DNA of 64,000 nucleotides from an uncultured virus (IMG/VR IMGVR_UViG_3300008450_005828) (lineage: Duplodnaviria > Heunggongvirae > Uroviricota > Caudoviricetes): the IMG/VR virus record IMGVR_UViG_3300008450_005828; one strand, written 5' to 3'. The position numbers were made by a program, and so were the translations under genes. Below are positions 29,873 through 40,733 of the stretch, one piece after another. The first letter of the stretch is position 1. Each line of letters starts with the position of its first letter. The notes below the pieces were generated by a model. That model did no database searches, was not told the origin of the DNA, and worked only from the letters and a program-made list of their open reading frames with translations.

Positions 29873-31335
29873 TATCCAAAACTTTTCTTTATCATTTCAA
29901 TTTTTTTACGCACCATCCACGATTTTTCTTGCTCTGCAAATTTAGATAAAAAGTCGTTTGCTTCTTCAAGACGTTTGAGTCTTACTTCAAGTGTATTATC
30001 TCTAAATTTCCAATTCCAGTCGTTGTACCAATATTCAAGTTCATCTTTTACTTTATTCCATACTGGAGTATCATCAGATAACATCATAGTATTTGCCATA
30101 CTAACATACATAAGTTTTTTTTCATTAACTCTTTTTGTGGAATAGCCTTTTTCATATAATTTTTTAATAGTATCTAAAGTTATTTGATGGTCTATGTCGG
30201 TTTCAAAAGGATGACCAACAAACATTAACAGTGTGTGGTGTATTTCGTATTTTTGCAACATTTCAAAGCACCACCACATATCTTCATCTGTAAACTTTTT
30301 TCCTAGTTCAAACCTGACTGCTTGACTAAAACTTTCAACACCAACGTCGAGTGCATAGCAGCCACTTTCTTTCATAAGACAGTAGTCTTCTTCTGGACTT
30401 TGTCTAAAGTTTCTTACTATCCATTGACTATGCCATCTAATTTTTTCATCTTCGGTATTTCTTGTATTGTTAAAATCTGCTAAAATATGAAGCATTTCTC
30501 TAAACGCTTTCATACTACCATTTATAAGACTATCTGTAAATTTAAAAGTAGTTCTGTTATACTTTTGTTTAACTTGAATAATTTCGTTAGCAATACTTTC
30601 GCCACTTCTAAAAACATATTTTGGCCATATTTCATAAACATTGCAAAAATCACAACGTTTAACACACCCTCTGCTTCCGGTAATATATACTGGTTCGGGT
30701 TGATTAATAAATGGATATTCGTTCCAAGTAATGTCATTATAGTTTGGAACTAGTACACTGTTTATATCGATTAATTGATAAGGAGGTCTATCATCAATGC
30801 CATCGTTATCTATTTCTCCCTTTAACAAATTAATGATCGGAACTTCGCCGTCACCGCTGATCCAATGATCAATTAGTCCGTGTTCAAAGTATTTTTTAGT
30901 ACGTCCTCTTGTAACTTCGGCGCCGCCCCATATTATCTTTGTTTCTGGTAAGTTTTCTCTAATAAGTTGACTAAGTTTTATTGCAACTGCACTACTCATT
31001 ACTGTTAATAAACTTAACCCTATCCACTTAGGATTTTTTTCTTTGAAAAGGTTGATCCATTCGTCAAAAACATATTTGTATTTTTTATAATTTTCACCAA
31101 ACACTTCGTCGACTTTTTCAATATCTCGACATCTAAATGCACTATCTTTATCAAAAAACTGATCTTCATCTCCGTGTTGTTTAAATTCGTTATATAATTT
31201 AATATTTAAATCTATAACTTCGCAAGAAAATCCGGCAGATTCTATATGAGACTTTAATACTGCTGGACCAACTGTTGGAGCATCTGGAAAAATTTTAGGT
31301 ACAATGCATATTAATATATCAAGACGTTTGTTCAT
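29872..31335 (-). CDS. cobalamin-binding-type (class B) radical SAM protein
   Basis: N-terminal B12-binding-like domain (GLSLL...WGGA...GDGE), SRGCVKRCDFC, FTDS and GVES. Confidence 0.85.
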   Translation of the reverse strand: MNKRLDILICIVPKIFPDAPTVGPAVLKSHIESAGFSCEVIDLNIKLYNEFKQHGDEDQFFDKDSAFRCRDIEKVDEVFGENYKKYKYVFDEWINLFKEKNPKWIGLSLLTVMSSAVAIKLSQLIRENLPETKIIWGGAEVTRGRTKKYFEHGLIDHWISGDGEVPIINLLKGEIDNDGIDDRPPYQLIDINSVLVPNYNDITWNEYPFINQPEPVYITGSRGCVKRCDFCNVYEIWPKYVFRSGESIANEIIQVKQKYNRTTFKFTDSLINGSMKAFREMLHILADFNNTRNTEDEKIRWHSQWIVRNFRQSPEEDYCLMKESGCYALDVGVESFSQAVRFELGKKFTDEDMWWCFEMLQKYEIHHTLLMFVGHPFETDIDHQITLDTIKKLYEKGYSTKRVNEKKLMYVSMANTMMLSDDTPVWNKVKDELEYWYNDWNWKFRDNTLEVRLKRLEEANDFLSKFAEQEKSWMVRKKIEMIKKSFG

Positions 31336-32734
31336 TGTCAAAGATGCCCTTCATTTCAGGAAATACATTTGAAAAATTAATATTTCTTTGTTTGTCACAA
31401 AGATTTAAAAATTCTTTCATTTCAGGAAGTCGTTGACTCCAGTCTTCACTTTCCATGAAGCTAAGTATTCCATTTAGTCTTTTAATACCATATTCGGCAT
31501 TGCGCCATTGCTCAAAGTTTACATTACCGTTATGCCAACTAGGAATTCCTTTTTCCCAATTTGCTTCCCACCACGGATACCATGACTCGTATTTGCGTCT
31601 GCATTCTTCTTTGAACCATTTGGGCAAAACTTTTACATTTAGATGAGCAGGCCAATATACAAAGTGTTGACTTATGCCGCCTGCTCCAAAGGGCCACATA
31701 TTGATTTTTTTAAAACCTTTTTCTAATTTCCATTGTATAAAATCAGGCAAGTAATAAACATTTAGTGCTTGCACTGCACAAGCAATAGTAATTTCTACAT
31801 TATCACTAGTTTCATTGTCTAAAATGTGAAATACTTCTTCTTGTCTATTCCACTTACTAGGATAACGAATATAATCGTTCATTTGTTCTATGCTGTCTAT
31901 GCTATAGTGAAAACGTACAAGTTTAAATTCTTTCCATAAATCAAATAGATCTTCTCTCCATTCAACTCCATTTGAATTATATCGTAGTTCTAGATTTTTT
32001 GCATAACCCTGTTTGATACATTCTTCAAGAATTTCGTAATGTTCTTCGATAATAAGACTTTCACCGCCTGCAAAATAAATTTGTTGCATATTTGGAATTT
32101 GTTCATAAAATTGTTTCCAAAATTTAGGATTTTGCTTATGCCAATTATAACTACTTCCGTTGGTGCTACCTTTATTATCCCATTGCATAATTTCTTTAAG
32201 ACTAGCATTTTCTACCGCAGGAAATATTGCTTTGTAGTCTTTAATCCAACCACTGCTATCGTGTGGACTGCACATTACACAAGCAAGTTGGCATTTGGTA
32301 CCAAATCTAAGATCGATGTATGCCAACTGTGGCGGAACACTTCCGTCGTCCGCAGTTTCAGATAAAATTTTATCTAAATCAACACGTTGTTTCCAATAAG
32401 ATGTTTCCCATTGACGTTTACTACAATGACCTGCTGCCTCTTCTTTATAGCATTTAAGACAACTAGGAGGTTTTTCACCATTTAACATTTGCTTACGAAC
32501 ATTTTTCATGTAAGTACTGTTCCAACTAGATAAAAAATCACTTACATTTAAATTACTAGGCTTTCCATCTTCAGTTCGTAAAATTCCAACCTGGCCGCCG
32601 TATTCTTTATCATTTGTTGCACCTACACTGCTTGCATTTGCTGTACAGCACACTCTCATAGATCCGTCAGGTCTAGTGCTTAGGTGAACCCACGGCAATA
32701 TACAGAATGTTTCAGATGGTAATTTATCAGTCAT
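31319..32734 (-). CDS. radical SAM protein, subfamily A
   Basis: FCILPW...RVCC...CLKC, CQLACVMC and AGGES. TAAATA lies 4 nt before the ATG. Confidence 0.9.
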   Translation of the reverse strand: MTDKLPSETFCILPWVHLSTRPDGSMRVCCTANASSVGATNDKEYGGQVGILRTEDGKPSNLNVSDFLSSWNSTYMKNVRKQMLNGEKPPSCLKCYKEEAAGHCSKRQWETSYWKQRVDLDKILSETADDGSVPPQLAYIDLRFGTKCQLACVMCSPHDSSGWIKDYKAIFPAVENASLKEIMQWDNKGSTNGSSYNWHKQNPKFWKQFYEQIPNMQQIYFAGGESLIIEEHYEILEECIKQGYAKNLELRYNSNGVEWREDLFDLWKEFKLVRFHYSIDSIEQMNDYIRYPSKWNRQEEVFHILDNETSDNVEITIACAVQALNVYYLPDFIQWKLEKGFKKINMWPFGAGGISQHFVYWPAHLNVKVLPKWFKEECRRKYESWYPWWEANWEKGIPSWHNGNVNFEQWRNAEYGIKRLNGILSFMESEDWSQRLPEMKEFLNLCDKQRNINFSNVFPEMKGIFDNEQTS

Positions 32735-32776
32735 GCAATATTTATTACTCGGTTATTTTTGTTTTTTATTATTGAA

Positions 32777-33724
32777 TCAGTGTGCTATTTTAGTAATCTC
32801 AATGTCACTACCACAAGTGCATTCTTTGTATTTGCAAATAACACTTTCTGTAAGTAATTTAATACTTTCCGGATCATTTTTTATATTTCCTAGTATTATA
32901 TTATTATTGCAAGCATTTGCCGGTATTATGTTTCCGTTAGGCTTTATAACAAGCAAATCCTGACCAATGTTACATTTCCAATTATAAAAATTATTTAAGC
33001 CTTTTTGTATTAATTCGTGATTACCCTGTCTTATCACAGTACCATCGTCATAGAAACAATTAATTCCTAGGCTGGTTTTGTTTCTTTTTGATGCTGGTCT
33101 TCCGGAGGTTTGTAAGTGCAATTCCATCATTAGTTTTTTTTGATCTTCTGTATACAGCATCCACTGATGTTTTCCAAACTCGATTTGTAATTTTTTTATT
33201 TGAATCGGAACGTCTGTGTTATCTCTAAATGTTTCAAAAATTTTAACACATTTATCAAAATAATTTATATCCATTAATATTTGAATATTTGTTTGGCAAT
33301 CAGTTTTTATATTATTAACTACGTCAATAATATGATCAACATTTGCATTTTCATGATGAAAACTTATCGATACTTTATCTAGAAAAGGTTTTGTTTTATT
33401 CCACCAATTCATAGTCCTTGATCCATTTGTTAAAATGTTTACCATGCTATTTGGATCATTTTCTTTTATTAGTTGTGCTAATTTAGTAAAATTTTTCCAA
33501 ACCGTAGGCTCTCCTCCTAATATAGTATAAATTCTATGATCGTGCTTACTCTGTTCTGTTATTTTTTTTATTGCTATTTCGCAATTTTCTATATCTGGCC
33601 AATATTGATCGCCGCCGTTGCTGTCGGGGCCGCAATAACTGCACTTGTAATTACATACATTAGACAATATCCAGTCTACTACTAAAATATTGTTTACTGT
33701 TTCTATCTTATAAAGTTTACTCAT
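32777..33724 (-). CDS. radical SAM protein, subfamily B
   Basis: WILSNVCNYKCSYC and GGEPT, with C-terminal CNIG...C...CKYKECTCGSD. Confidence 0.9.
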   Translation of the reverse strand: MSKLYKIETVNNILVVDWILSNVCNYKCSYCGPDSNGGDQYWPDIENCEIAIKKITEQSKHDHRIYTILGGEPTVWKNFTKLAQLIKENDPNSMVNILTNGSRTMNWWNKTKPFLDKVSISFHHENANVDHIIDVVNNIKTDCQTNIQILMDINYFDKCVKIFETFRDNTDVPIQIKKLQIEFGKHQWMLYTEDQKKLMMELHLQTSGRPASKRNKTSLGINCFYDDGTVIRQGNHELIQKGLNNFYNWKCNIGQDLLVIKPNGNIIPANACNNNIILGNIKNDPESIKLLTESVICKYKECTCGSDIEITKIAH

Positions 33725-34841
33725 TTATTAAGTTTTCTGCCCATGTATATGATTCTAGAAATTGTTTGTTTGTTCGATAATCCCAAATACCAATATAATG
33801 TTTTAAAAGTTGTTTATCTTCTTTAGACAAAGTTTTTTCTTCGTACATCAAAGTTTCTTGAAACTGTAGCCAATTGCTTTGTGCATTTTTAAATTTTATA
33901 TTTTTAAATCTACTTATAAAGTCTTGTCTATGCTCAATCGGAATTAATCTAAAATCCATAAACGGTTTGTCAACTTCGTTATAAAAAACCTTTGATTTAG
34001 GAAATTGATTAGCCCAATTAAAAAATTTATCTAAAGTTAAATATGTAAGAAAACTAACACACGGGGTTATGTTCACATGAAGATTACTATTATAAAATTT
34101 TATAAAGTTTTTTTCAACTGATGACCACTTTGCAGGATATCGTTGATACTCAAATTCATCGGCTATTCCATCTATACTGCAACCCAACACCACTCTTTTA
34201 AATTTTTCTAACTTGTTGATTACTTTTGTTCTTGCACTTGTACAATTAGTTATAAATTCAATTTCAAGATGTGTCATATCATTTTCAATTAATCTTGACA
34301 AAAATTCGTCAACTTCTTCCATTATAAAAGGTTCGCCGCCTGCAAAACGGATTGTTTTAAGTGTTTTAACATTTAAAAAGCTATTTAAAAAACTCGATAA
34401 GTTATGATGGTCTTGTAAACGAGTTTTTGAAAAATTTAGCAATATAGGATCCTTTAATTCGTATGCCAGTTTTTCAATTTGACTACTTTCAGACGCAGAA
34501 CACATTCGACATTGTAAATTACATTTGTTACTAAGTCTTAAATCCAAGTGCTGTAACTCGGGCTCTTTTATTATCTCGCCGTTGTTTATTCGTTGCCTTT
34601 TGCTTATAATACCAGAATTCTCAGCATTCCAGCATTGTTGACATGCTAAATTTCTTATATTTTGATGATTTAAATCTTGTCTTATTTCTGATAAACGCGG
34701 ATCTTCTTTGTAAAATTTATTTACGTCGCTATCGTTGTTCCATTTTAAATCGTGCCTGTTTTTTTGTATACAACAGTGCCCTACTTCTCCTCTTGTAGAA
34801 ACATAAAGCCCAGTGTTTACTAAATTACAATATGTGTTCAT
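33717..34841 (-). CDS. radical SAM protein, subfamily A
   Basis: HCC...CQQC, CNLQCRMC and GGEP. Confidence 0.9.
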   Translation of the reverse strand: MNTYCNLVNTGLYVSTRGEVGHCCIQKNRHDLKWNNDSDVNKFYKEDPRLSEIRQDLNHQNIRNLACQQCWNAENSGIISKRQRINNGEIIKEPELQHLDLRLSNKCNLQCRMCSASESSQIEKLAYELKDPILLNFSKTRLQDHHNLSSFLNSFLNVKTLKTIRFAGGEPFIMEEVDEFLSRLIENDMTHLEIEFITNCTSARTKVINKLEKFKRVVLGCSIDGIADEFEYQRYPAKWSSVEKNFIKFYNSNLHVNITPCVSFLTYLTLDKFFNWANQFPKSKVFYNEVDKPFMDFRLIPIEHRQDFISRFKNIKFKNAQSNWLQFQETLMYEEKTLSKEDKQLLKHYIGIWDYRTNKQFLESYTWAENLINE

Positions 34842-34843
34842 TA

Positions 34844-35863
34844 TTAATATACCGGTGTTGGTTTTTTAATTCCTGAACAATTATTACACAAGTCAATCGA
34901 CTGTTTGCTCCAAGAATTATATAAATCGTCTTTGAAGAAATCTAGTATCTCTTTAAGACTCGATGTTAATATATTGTTTTTTCCAATATATTTAGTATAG
35001 TTAAAATTAGTTTTTTTATCTACTTGTCTGCCACTTATATAGCAACAAGGCCACAGATTTCCCCATGGATCAACTTGTATCATTCCTTCTGATGCATAAG
35101 GACATGGTATTTTTTCTGTAATTACAAATTCTGCATCAGTAGTTGGTGTATTGACTTGTTTCTTAAATACATCTTTTCTTTTATAATTTTCATTAAATTC
35201 GTTTAGAGTAGGGGAAGTTAGTGTCATCTTAGGAAAACTTTTATATTCGTCCATGTCAAGCGGAATCGATCTATTACGGTTTGTTTGAAAAGCCATGCAT
35301 CCTATACTGTTTGCAAAACTACTAATAGTATCTAATTGATCAATGTTATAATCAAACACAATACATTTCCATATACTATTGCCGCCGTGTTTATTAAATG
35401 TTTTTAAATTTTCAATCCGCTTTTTCCAATCAATTCCCCTACGATATAGATCATGAGTATCTTCTAATCCATCTATGCCAAACTTAACATCGTGTTTGGA
35501 AAATTTTTGTAAAACAATTGCCAAGTTAGTCCAAAAAGAATTGTCTCTTGCACCTCCATTTGTATGTAAGTTAACATAGATATCTTTTTTAGTATCAACT
35601 AAATGTTCTAGCATTTCTATAAATTTTGGATGCATACTAAAATCACCAAAATTTCCATTAAAAATTATTTCGTTAACAAATTGTAAATTTTCTTTGGTGA
35701 TTAATTTATGCCAAGTTTCTAAAGATAAATTTGTTAAATTTAAATTATTTACAGTTTTTCCACCATTTATATTTCTATCACAAGCACCGCAAAATGCATT
35801 GCAGAAAGAAGTACAGTCAATTTCAATCTTTTTTATTGTTTCAAACTTGTAAAGATTTATCAT
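34844..35863 (-). CDS. radical SAM protein with C-terminal SPASM/Twitch, subfamily C
   Basis: CNAFCGACDRN, GNFGD in place of GGEP, IDGL, and WPCC...CNNC. Confidence 0.88.
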   Translation of the reverse strand: MINLYKFETIKKIEIDCTSFCNAFCGACDRNINGGKTVNNLNLTNLSLETWHKLITKENLQFVNEIIFNGNFGDFSMHPKFIEMLEHLVDTKKDIYVNLHTNGGARDNSFWTNLAIVLQKFSKHDVKFGIDGLEDTHDLYRRGIDWKKRIENLKTFNKHGGNSIWKCIVFDYNIDQLDTISSFANSIGCMAFQTNRNRSIPLDMDEYKSFPKMTLTSPTLNEFNENYKRKDVFKKQVNTPTTDAEFVITEKIPCPYASEGMIQVDPWGNLWPCCYISGRQVDKKTNFNYTKYIGKNNILTSSLKEILDFFKDDLYNSWSKQSIDLCNNCSGIKKPTPVY

Positions 35864-35868
35864 AATTC

Positions 35869-36891
35869 TTAATTATATCTAATAGCAGAATTTGTTCTAC
35901 TTGAGCATGTATTGCAAATTGCATTTTCATTCTTTTTCCAATCTTTGTAGAGCGTTTGTTGTATAAACTGTAAAATTTGTTTTAAGTCTTTAGTGTTTAT
36001 ATTGTTTTTATCGTTCCATATGTCCCATGGAAATGCCGCATATCGATTAAGATAATTACTATATATGTGGCAGCATGGCCATATATTTCCAACAACATCC
36101 ATAGATACTAATCTTTGTTGTCCAAAAGGACAATTATATGTTTTATCATATATTTCATCAATCTCTGTTCTATTATAAATGTTTTTAAATTGCTTGTATA
36201 GTTTATATCTTTTTATAAATTCATCACGGGTTGGAGATGTAATAATTCCGCCAGGGAGCTTTTTGTATGATTGAAGAGTTATCGGTGTTACTCTATTTCG
36301 TTCTGTTCTAAATGATGAAAATCCTAATTTTTGCGCTAAGTTTAACATATCATTTATTTGGTGTTTGTTATGACCAAATATAATGCATCTCCAAGCAGAT
36401 ATACTCTGAGGATCTTCGTTAAAAGCGGTTACATTTTCTATAAGTTTTTCCCAATTTACATTTCTTCTATAAATATGATTTGTATCCTTTAGTCCATCGA
36501 TTGCAAATGTTACTTGATGATCATCAAATCTTTTTAAAACTGTAGAAAGTTCTTTCCAAAATTGTATATTTCTTGCACCGCCGTTTGTTGCTACTTTTAA
36601 AAACATGTCCGGCTTAACGTCTGCAAGTTTGTTGAGCATGTTAATTAAATTCGGATGCATACTAGCATCGCCGACATTACCGTCGAGTGTTATTTTTTTA
36701 ATGTTATGTAAATTGACAGTAGAAATCAATGAATTCCATGTATCATCAGTCATATGAATTAATTTAAGATTTTGTCGTACTTCACCGCCATCGACATTTC
36801 TGTCACATGCTCCGCAAGATGCATTACAAAAATTTGTTATTTCGATATCAATAAAATTTATATCATTATACTCATAATATTTTGTCATCAA
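35869..36891 (-). CDS. radical SAM protein, subfamily C
   Basis: CNASCGACDRN, GNVGD, and WPCC...CNTC. Confidence 0.88.
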   Translation of the reverse strand: MMTKYYEYNDINFIDIEITNFCNASCGACDRNVDGGEVRQNLKLIHMTDDTWNSLISTVNLHNIKKITLDGNVGDASMHPNLINMLNKLADVKPDMFLKVATNGGARNIQFWKELSTVLKRFDDHQVTFAIDGLKDTNHIYRRNVNWEKLIENVTAFNEDPQSISAWRCIIFGHNKHQINDMLNLAQKLGFSSFRTERNRVTPITLQSYKKLPGGIITSPTRDEFIKRYKLYKQFKNIYNRTEIDEIYDKTYNCPFGQQRLVSMDVVGNIWPCCHIYSNYLNRYAAFPWDIWNDKNNINTKDLKQILQFIQQTLYKDWKKNENAICNTCSSRTNSAIRYN

Positions 36892-36898
36892 TCATCTC

Positions 36899-37978
36899 TT
36901 ATTTAAATTGTTCTGCAAATGGGTCAAACTCGATTCCACATTTCATTGCACATACTTTAAGTCTGCCCGATTCATAACTAGTTTCTTGCCACGAATCTTC
37001 TATAAGAGTGAATATCTCTGTTTTAAATACACGTTCTAACCCATGAATTTTAGCATTGATAGCATCCTTGCCACCTGCAAACTCTATAAATTTCCATATC
37101 TGTTCTTGTTTAGGATCTTTGTTCCACCACTTGTACATACGCCCGGCAGTCCAACAGCAAGGCAAGGCTAATCCTTCGGCAGTAATAAACAAACTACCTT
37201 CGTCTTTAACTTTACAACGAATAGGAGTTTGTTCATAGTAATTATCCATGCTACCGTATTTTATTTCTAACATTGTTTGCTTTTTCAAAGCACTGTTAAC
37301 ATATTTTTCTTCAGGCTTTTTAAGTTCTGTTGTTTGATTGCCTTTGCGATCTACTGCTTGATGGGTTTCTTTCTTTTCGCTGTTAGCACTTATAAATCTT
37401 CCAGTTTTTTTAGCAACAAACTTTTCAAACCCCATTGTTTGCGAAAGTTCTTTTGCCTCATCTACTTGGTGCTGATTGTGCTCAAATATAAGGAAGTCCC
37501 AACGAGCTCTGCCGCCGGCAGCGATAAATGCTTTCATACTACGATAAACATTGTCCCAGTTTACTCCCTGACGATATATATGATTTGTATCTTTTAATCC
37601 GTCAACACTGAATATAACTGCACCATTTGTTCCTAGAGTTTTAGCAAGTGCATGCCACCATGCAGGAGTTTTTGCACCAGCATTGGTATTCATGCTCAAC
37701 CACATATTAGGATTGTGTTCTCTAAAATATGTAAAGATTTCTAAAGTATCTCGAGCAACAATAGGATCTCCTAGATTGCCGCACATATACATAGTATTTA
37801 ACTGTGCAATAAACTCGGGTGTAAATATACGTTTGACATCACCAATTGTAAGTTCATCTAAATTAATGTGAGGATTTAATGCGCCACCGTTTTGATTACG
37901 ATCGCACATAGGACAACTTGCTTGACAATTCTGTGTGACTTCTAAGTGTATTGTTCTTATATCTTTATATTCATACAT
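36899..37978 (-). CDS. radical SAM protein, subfamily C
   Basis: CQASCPMCDRN, CGNLGDP, HNQHQV, and LPCC...CAMKC. Confidence 0.9.
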   Translation of the reverse strand: MYEYKDIRTIHLEVTQNCQASCPMCDRNQNGGALNPHINLDELTIGDVKRIFTPEFIAQLNTMYMCGNLGDPIVARDTLEIFTYFREHNPNMWLSMNTNAGAKTPAWWHALAKTLGTNGAVIFSVDGLKDTNHIYRQGVNWDNVYRSMKAFIAAGGRARWDFLIFEHNQHQVDEAKELSQTMGFEKFVAKKTGRFISANSEKKETHQAVDRKGNQTTELKKPEEKYVNSALKKQTMLEIKYGSMDNYYEQTPIRCKVKDEGSLFITAEGLALPCCWTAGRMYKWWNKDPKQEQIWKFIEFAGGKDAINAKIHGLERVFKTEIFTLIEDSWQETSYESGRLKVCAMKCGIEFDPFAEQFK

Positions 37979-38195
37979 CGTGTATTAACGTTACGTCCTT
38001 CCCAGGTCCTGTTTTACTAGGTAAATCGCCATATTGTTCGACATACCAAGTTATAACTGCTCGATACCAACGTTGACTATCGTGATGTGCTACTTTATTA
38101 AATTGAGTTATATTGTTATTTGTTGCTTGCATTGTACTTAGTGCTCTTGCACACTCTGTTTGCAGTTCTCGTAAACTTAACTTATCTAAATCCAA
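37971..38195 (-). CDS. small hypothetical protein (74 aa)
   Basis: Overlaps both neighbours in the operon. Confidence 0.7.
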   Translation of the reverse strand: MDLDKLSLRELQTECARALSTMQATNNNITQFNKVAHHDSQRWYRAVITWYVEQYGDLPSKTGPGKDVTLIHDV

Positions 38196-39102
38196 TTTTC
38201 ATAAACCTTTTATATTTAGGCAATTCTAATTCGCCTTCGTAGAGTGTTTTTGTCATAGGAGATTTATTACTAAATTCTTGGAGATTACTTGAACAATTAA
38301 CGTGTTCTAAGATTTCAAAATAATTATTTCCTTGTAACACAACTAGTTTTCCTAGAGGTATTTTATTATACCATTCTGCATAATTTTCTATATGTTCACA
38401 ACTAGTATTAATGATAGTATTTGGCGTATCAGTTATAGGATAACTCATTCTATTATTAGTGTTACTCCAATATTGCCATGTATGCTCTTTGTAATCAATA
38501 TCGTGAATATTATTTATTAAGGCTTTATAACACCATTGATCTGTGAACCACGGCTTGTTAAATGTTTCTGCTATATCAACAGTTGTAGTATCTATGTCAA
38601 AACTACGAATTTTTTCAACTTTTATACCGCTTTCAAATAGCATCACTGCTAGTGTTCCATACCAACCTGCACATAAAAATACTGTGCCTAAATCTACGTC
38701 ACACTTTTTTAGTTGTTCAACTAACCATAATTTACTTTGAAGTTGTCCTCTACTAAAACAATCGGGGTCAATTTTTATATTGTTAACAAAAAAGTTTTTA
38801 AATGCAGCAACAAACTGTGTATCAACATATCTTTCAAGAATAGGCCATAGTTTCCATACATTGTCTTCGATAACTAATTTACGTAAATCTTCGTCATCAA
38901 CAAGTCTAAAGATACTGTGTAGATTTTTTTCTAACACTGCTTTTCGTAAATCGTCGATATCACCAGATACTGTATTAGGCAATAATCTAAAAATACTGGT
39001 TAAATCACGATCGATATAAGATCTACGTAAGTCAGATAGTTTTGTATTATATGGATACAGTAATTCAAATCTATCTAGTAATTCATATATTTCTAGCATC
39101 AA
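38182..39102 (-). CDS. class I SAM-dependent methyltransferase-like protein
   Basis: FLCAGWYG (motif I variant), SFDID and INTSCEH. Confidence 0.6.
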   Translation of the reverse strand: MMLEIYELLDRFELLYPYNTKLSDLRRSYIDRDLTSIFRLLPNTVSGDIDDLRKAVLEKNLHSIFRLVDDEDLRKLVIEDNVWKLWPILERYVDTQFVAAFKNFFVNNIKIDPDCFSRGQLQSKLWLVEQLKKCDVDLGTVFLCAGWYGTLAVMLFESGIKVEKIRSFDIDTTTVDIAETFNKPWFTDQWCYKALINNIHDIDYKEHTWQYWSNTNNRMSYPITDTPNTIINTSCEHIENYAEWYNKIPLGKLVVLQGNNYFEILEHVNCSSNLQEFSNKSPMTKTLYEGELELPKYKRFMKIGFR

Positions 39103-40726
39103 ACTGTTCCTTTAACCAATCAAAATCGTTGATATTTTTTAACATTTCGAGATTGCCTTTATTTCTTGCACCAAATACTGCACCCAACTTAGCACCATCA
39201 ATTGCATATTTGCCAAATGGACGATCTGCACCTTTTGTACACCACGTCTGTAATCTAGTCTGTGTTTCGTCGTCCTTTTGACGATCAATAACTCTACTAC
39301 TTAGTTTAACACATTCTCTAAATGCACTTTTCCAAGTATTAAATGAATCTGTATTAAAACCGGTAACATTTGATATTTCCTGTACTGCTTTAAACTTACT
39401 GCTAATACTGGTTGTCATGTCGGGCTTGCTTGTATCCATATTTAAAGTCAATTCTGTTGGAAACAGTTTTACACCACCGTATCCGTATACTAGGTCATTG
39501 ATAGGGTTAACCGACCTCCATACATGCACTGTGTCGCGGTCCCATCTTGCAACTTGATAGTCGAATTTAAAATTCGAGTCAATCAAAGCATCTCCGTCCA
39601 CAATCCAAAACATATCAGTATCGCATAGTTTTGCTGCCTCGATATGTGCTTGATGAATTCCTTTTACACCGTGAACTCGTTTTGCATGTGGAAATCTATT
39701 CGCTAGATACCGGTAGTATTCATCAGCACTAGGTTCTTGATAACTGATAAACACAATATCATAAGGCTTAGGTGTTGATATAATAATGTTGATTTCTTTT
39801 TTATTTGCAATAAACTTATAATCAAACTCTCGTTTGCTAAATTTTGCATATTTACTGCACAGTAAAATACCGTCATGATATTTTCCGTTTAAAAATGTAT
39901 GATTTATCTTGCGTTCGAATTCTTGATCGTGTGTAAAATACGTATCGTACTTGAATCTTTCTGTTGGATTTACATAGTCTGGTACGATCCAAAACATTTC
40001 AGTATGCGAAGTATTTAATGCTGTTAGATAATCATCATAATTTTTAACATTAAAAATATCGTACTTTATAGGACCACTTCCTACAATATCCCATTCTTTT
40101 CTATTAACTACATGTCTATAGTCAACTTCTTTTTGCGTAAGTGGGGCATATTTGCTGCACAAAAATAACCCATTATAGTATTTTACATCATCAACTAAAT
40201 GTACAAACGCATGATTTTGTTTGCGATCGATTTGTTCGTGATGCGATATATAAAAATTGTGGATTAAGTTGTTGTCTACTAGTATGTTAGGAGAACTGAC
40301 CCAAAACAGTTCTGTAGTGGATTTTTCTAATGCAGTTAAGTAATCACTGTATGTTTCAACTTCATAATAGTCAAAGTTTTTAGGACTAGACGCTTGTAAA
40401 TCTATTTCTTTTTTCTTGATAAAAAATCTATGTTTAATTTCGTTGTTGGTAATACTAACATTCTTTGAGACTAGAATTATTCCATCACGATGTTCGGCAT
40501 TTTTAAATACATGGACATAATTTTCGCTCCACTGATCTGGAATGTAGTCAAAATTAAATTGTTCCGAAATAACTAAGTCATCCCACACTATCCAAAAAAA
40601 TTTTGTTAATGCTAATTCTTTAGCATCTGCAAAACTTGTTACACGCTTGGCTATAGGAAATCTAGATTTTAGTTTTTTCCAATTCGAAAGATTATCAGAA
40701 GACTGTACATAGAATATATCAAACAT
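39083..40726 (-). CDS. GT-A-type glycosyltransferase-like protein with internal domain repeats
   Basis: C-terminal domain DIVFISY...GIHQAH...FWIVDGDA (DxD)...GYGGVKLF...W.SAFRE, preceded by three degenerate FWIV/FWVS repeats. Confidence 0.65.
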   Translation of the reverse strand: MFDIFYVQSSDNLSNWKKLKSRFPIAKRVTSFADAKELALTKFFWIVWDDLVISEQFNFDYIPDQWSENYVHVFKNAEHRDGIILVSKNVSITNNEIKHRFFIKKKEIDLQASSPKNFDYYEVETYSDYLTALEKSTTELFWVSSPNILVDNNLIHNFYISHHEQIDRKQNHAFVHLVDDVKYYNGLFLCSKYAPLTQKEVDYRHVVNRKEWDIVGSGPIKYDIFNVKNYDDYLTALNTSHTEMFWIVPDYVNPTERFKYDTYFTHDQEFERKINHTFLNGKYHDGILLCSKYAKFSKREFDYKFIANKKEINIIISTPKPYDIVFISYQEPSADEYYRYLANRFPHAKRVHGVKGIHQAHIEAAKLCDTDMFWIVDGDALIDSNFKFDYQVARWDRDTVHVWRSVNPINDLVYGYGGVKLFPTELTLNMDTSKPDMTTSISSKFKAVQEISNVTGFNTDSFNTWKSAFRECVKLSSRVIDRQKDDETQTRLQTWCTKGADRPFGKYAIDGAKLGAVFGARNKGNLEMLKNINDFDWLKEQFDARNI

Positions 40727-40733
40727 ATTGTAT

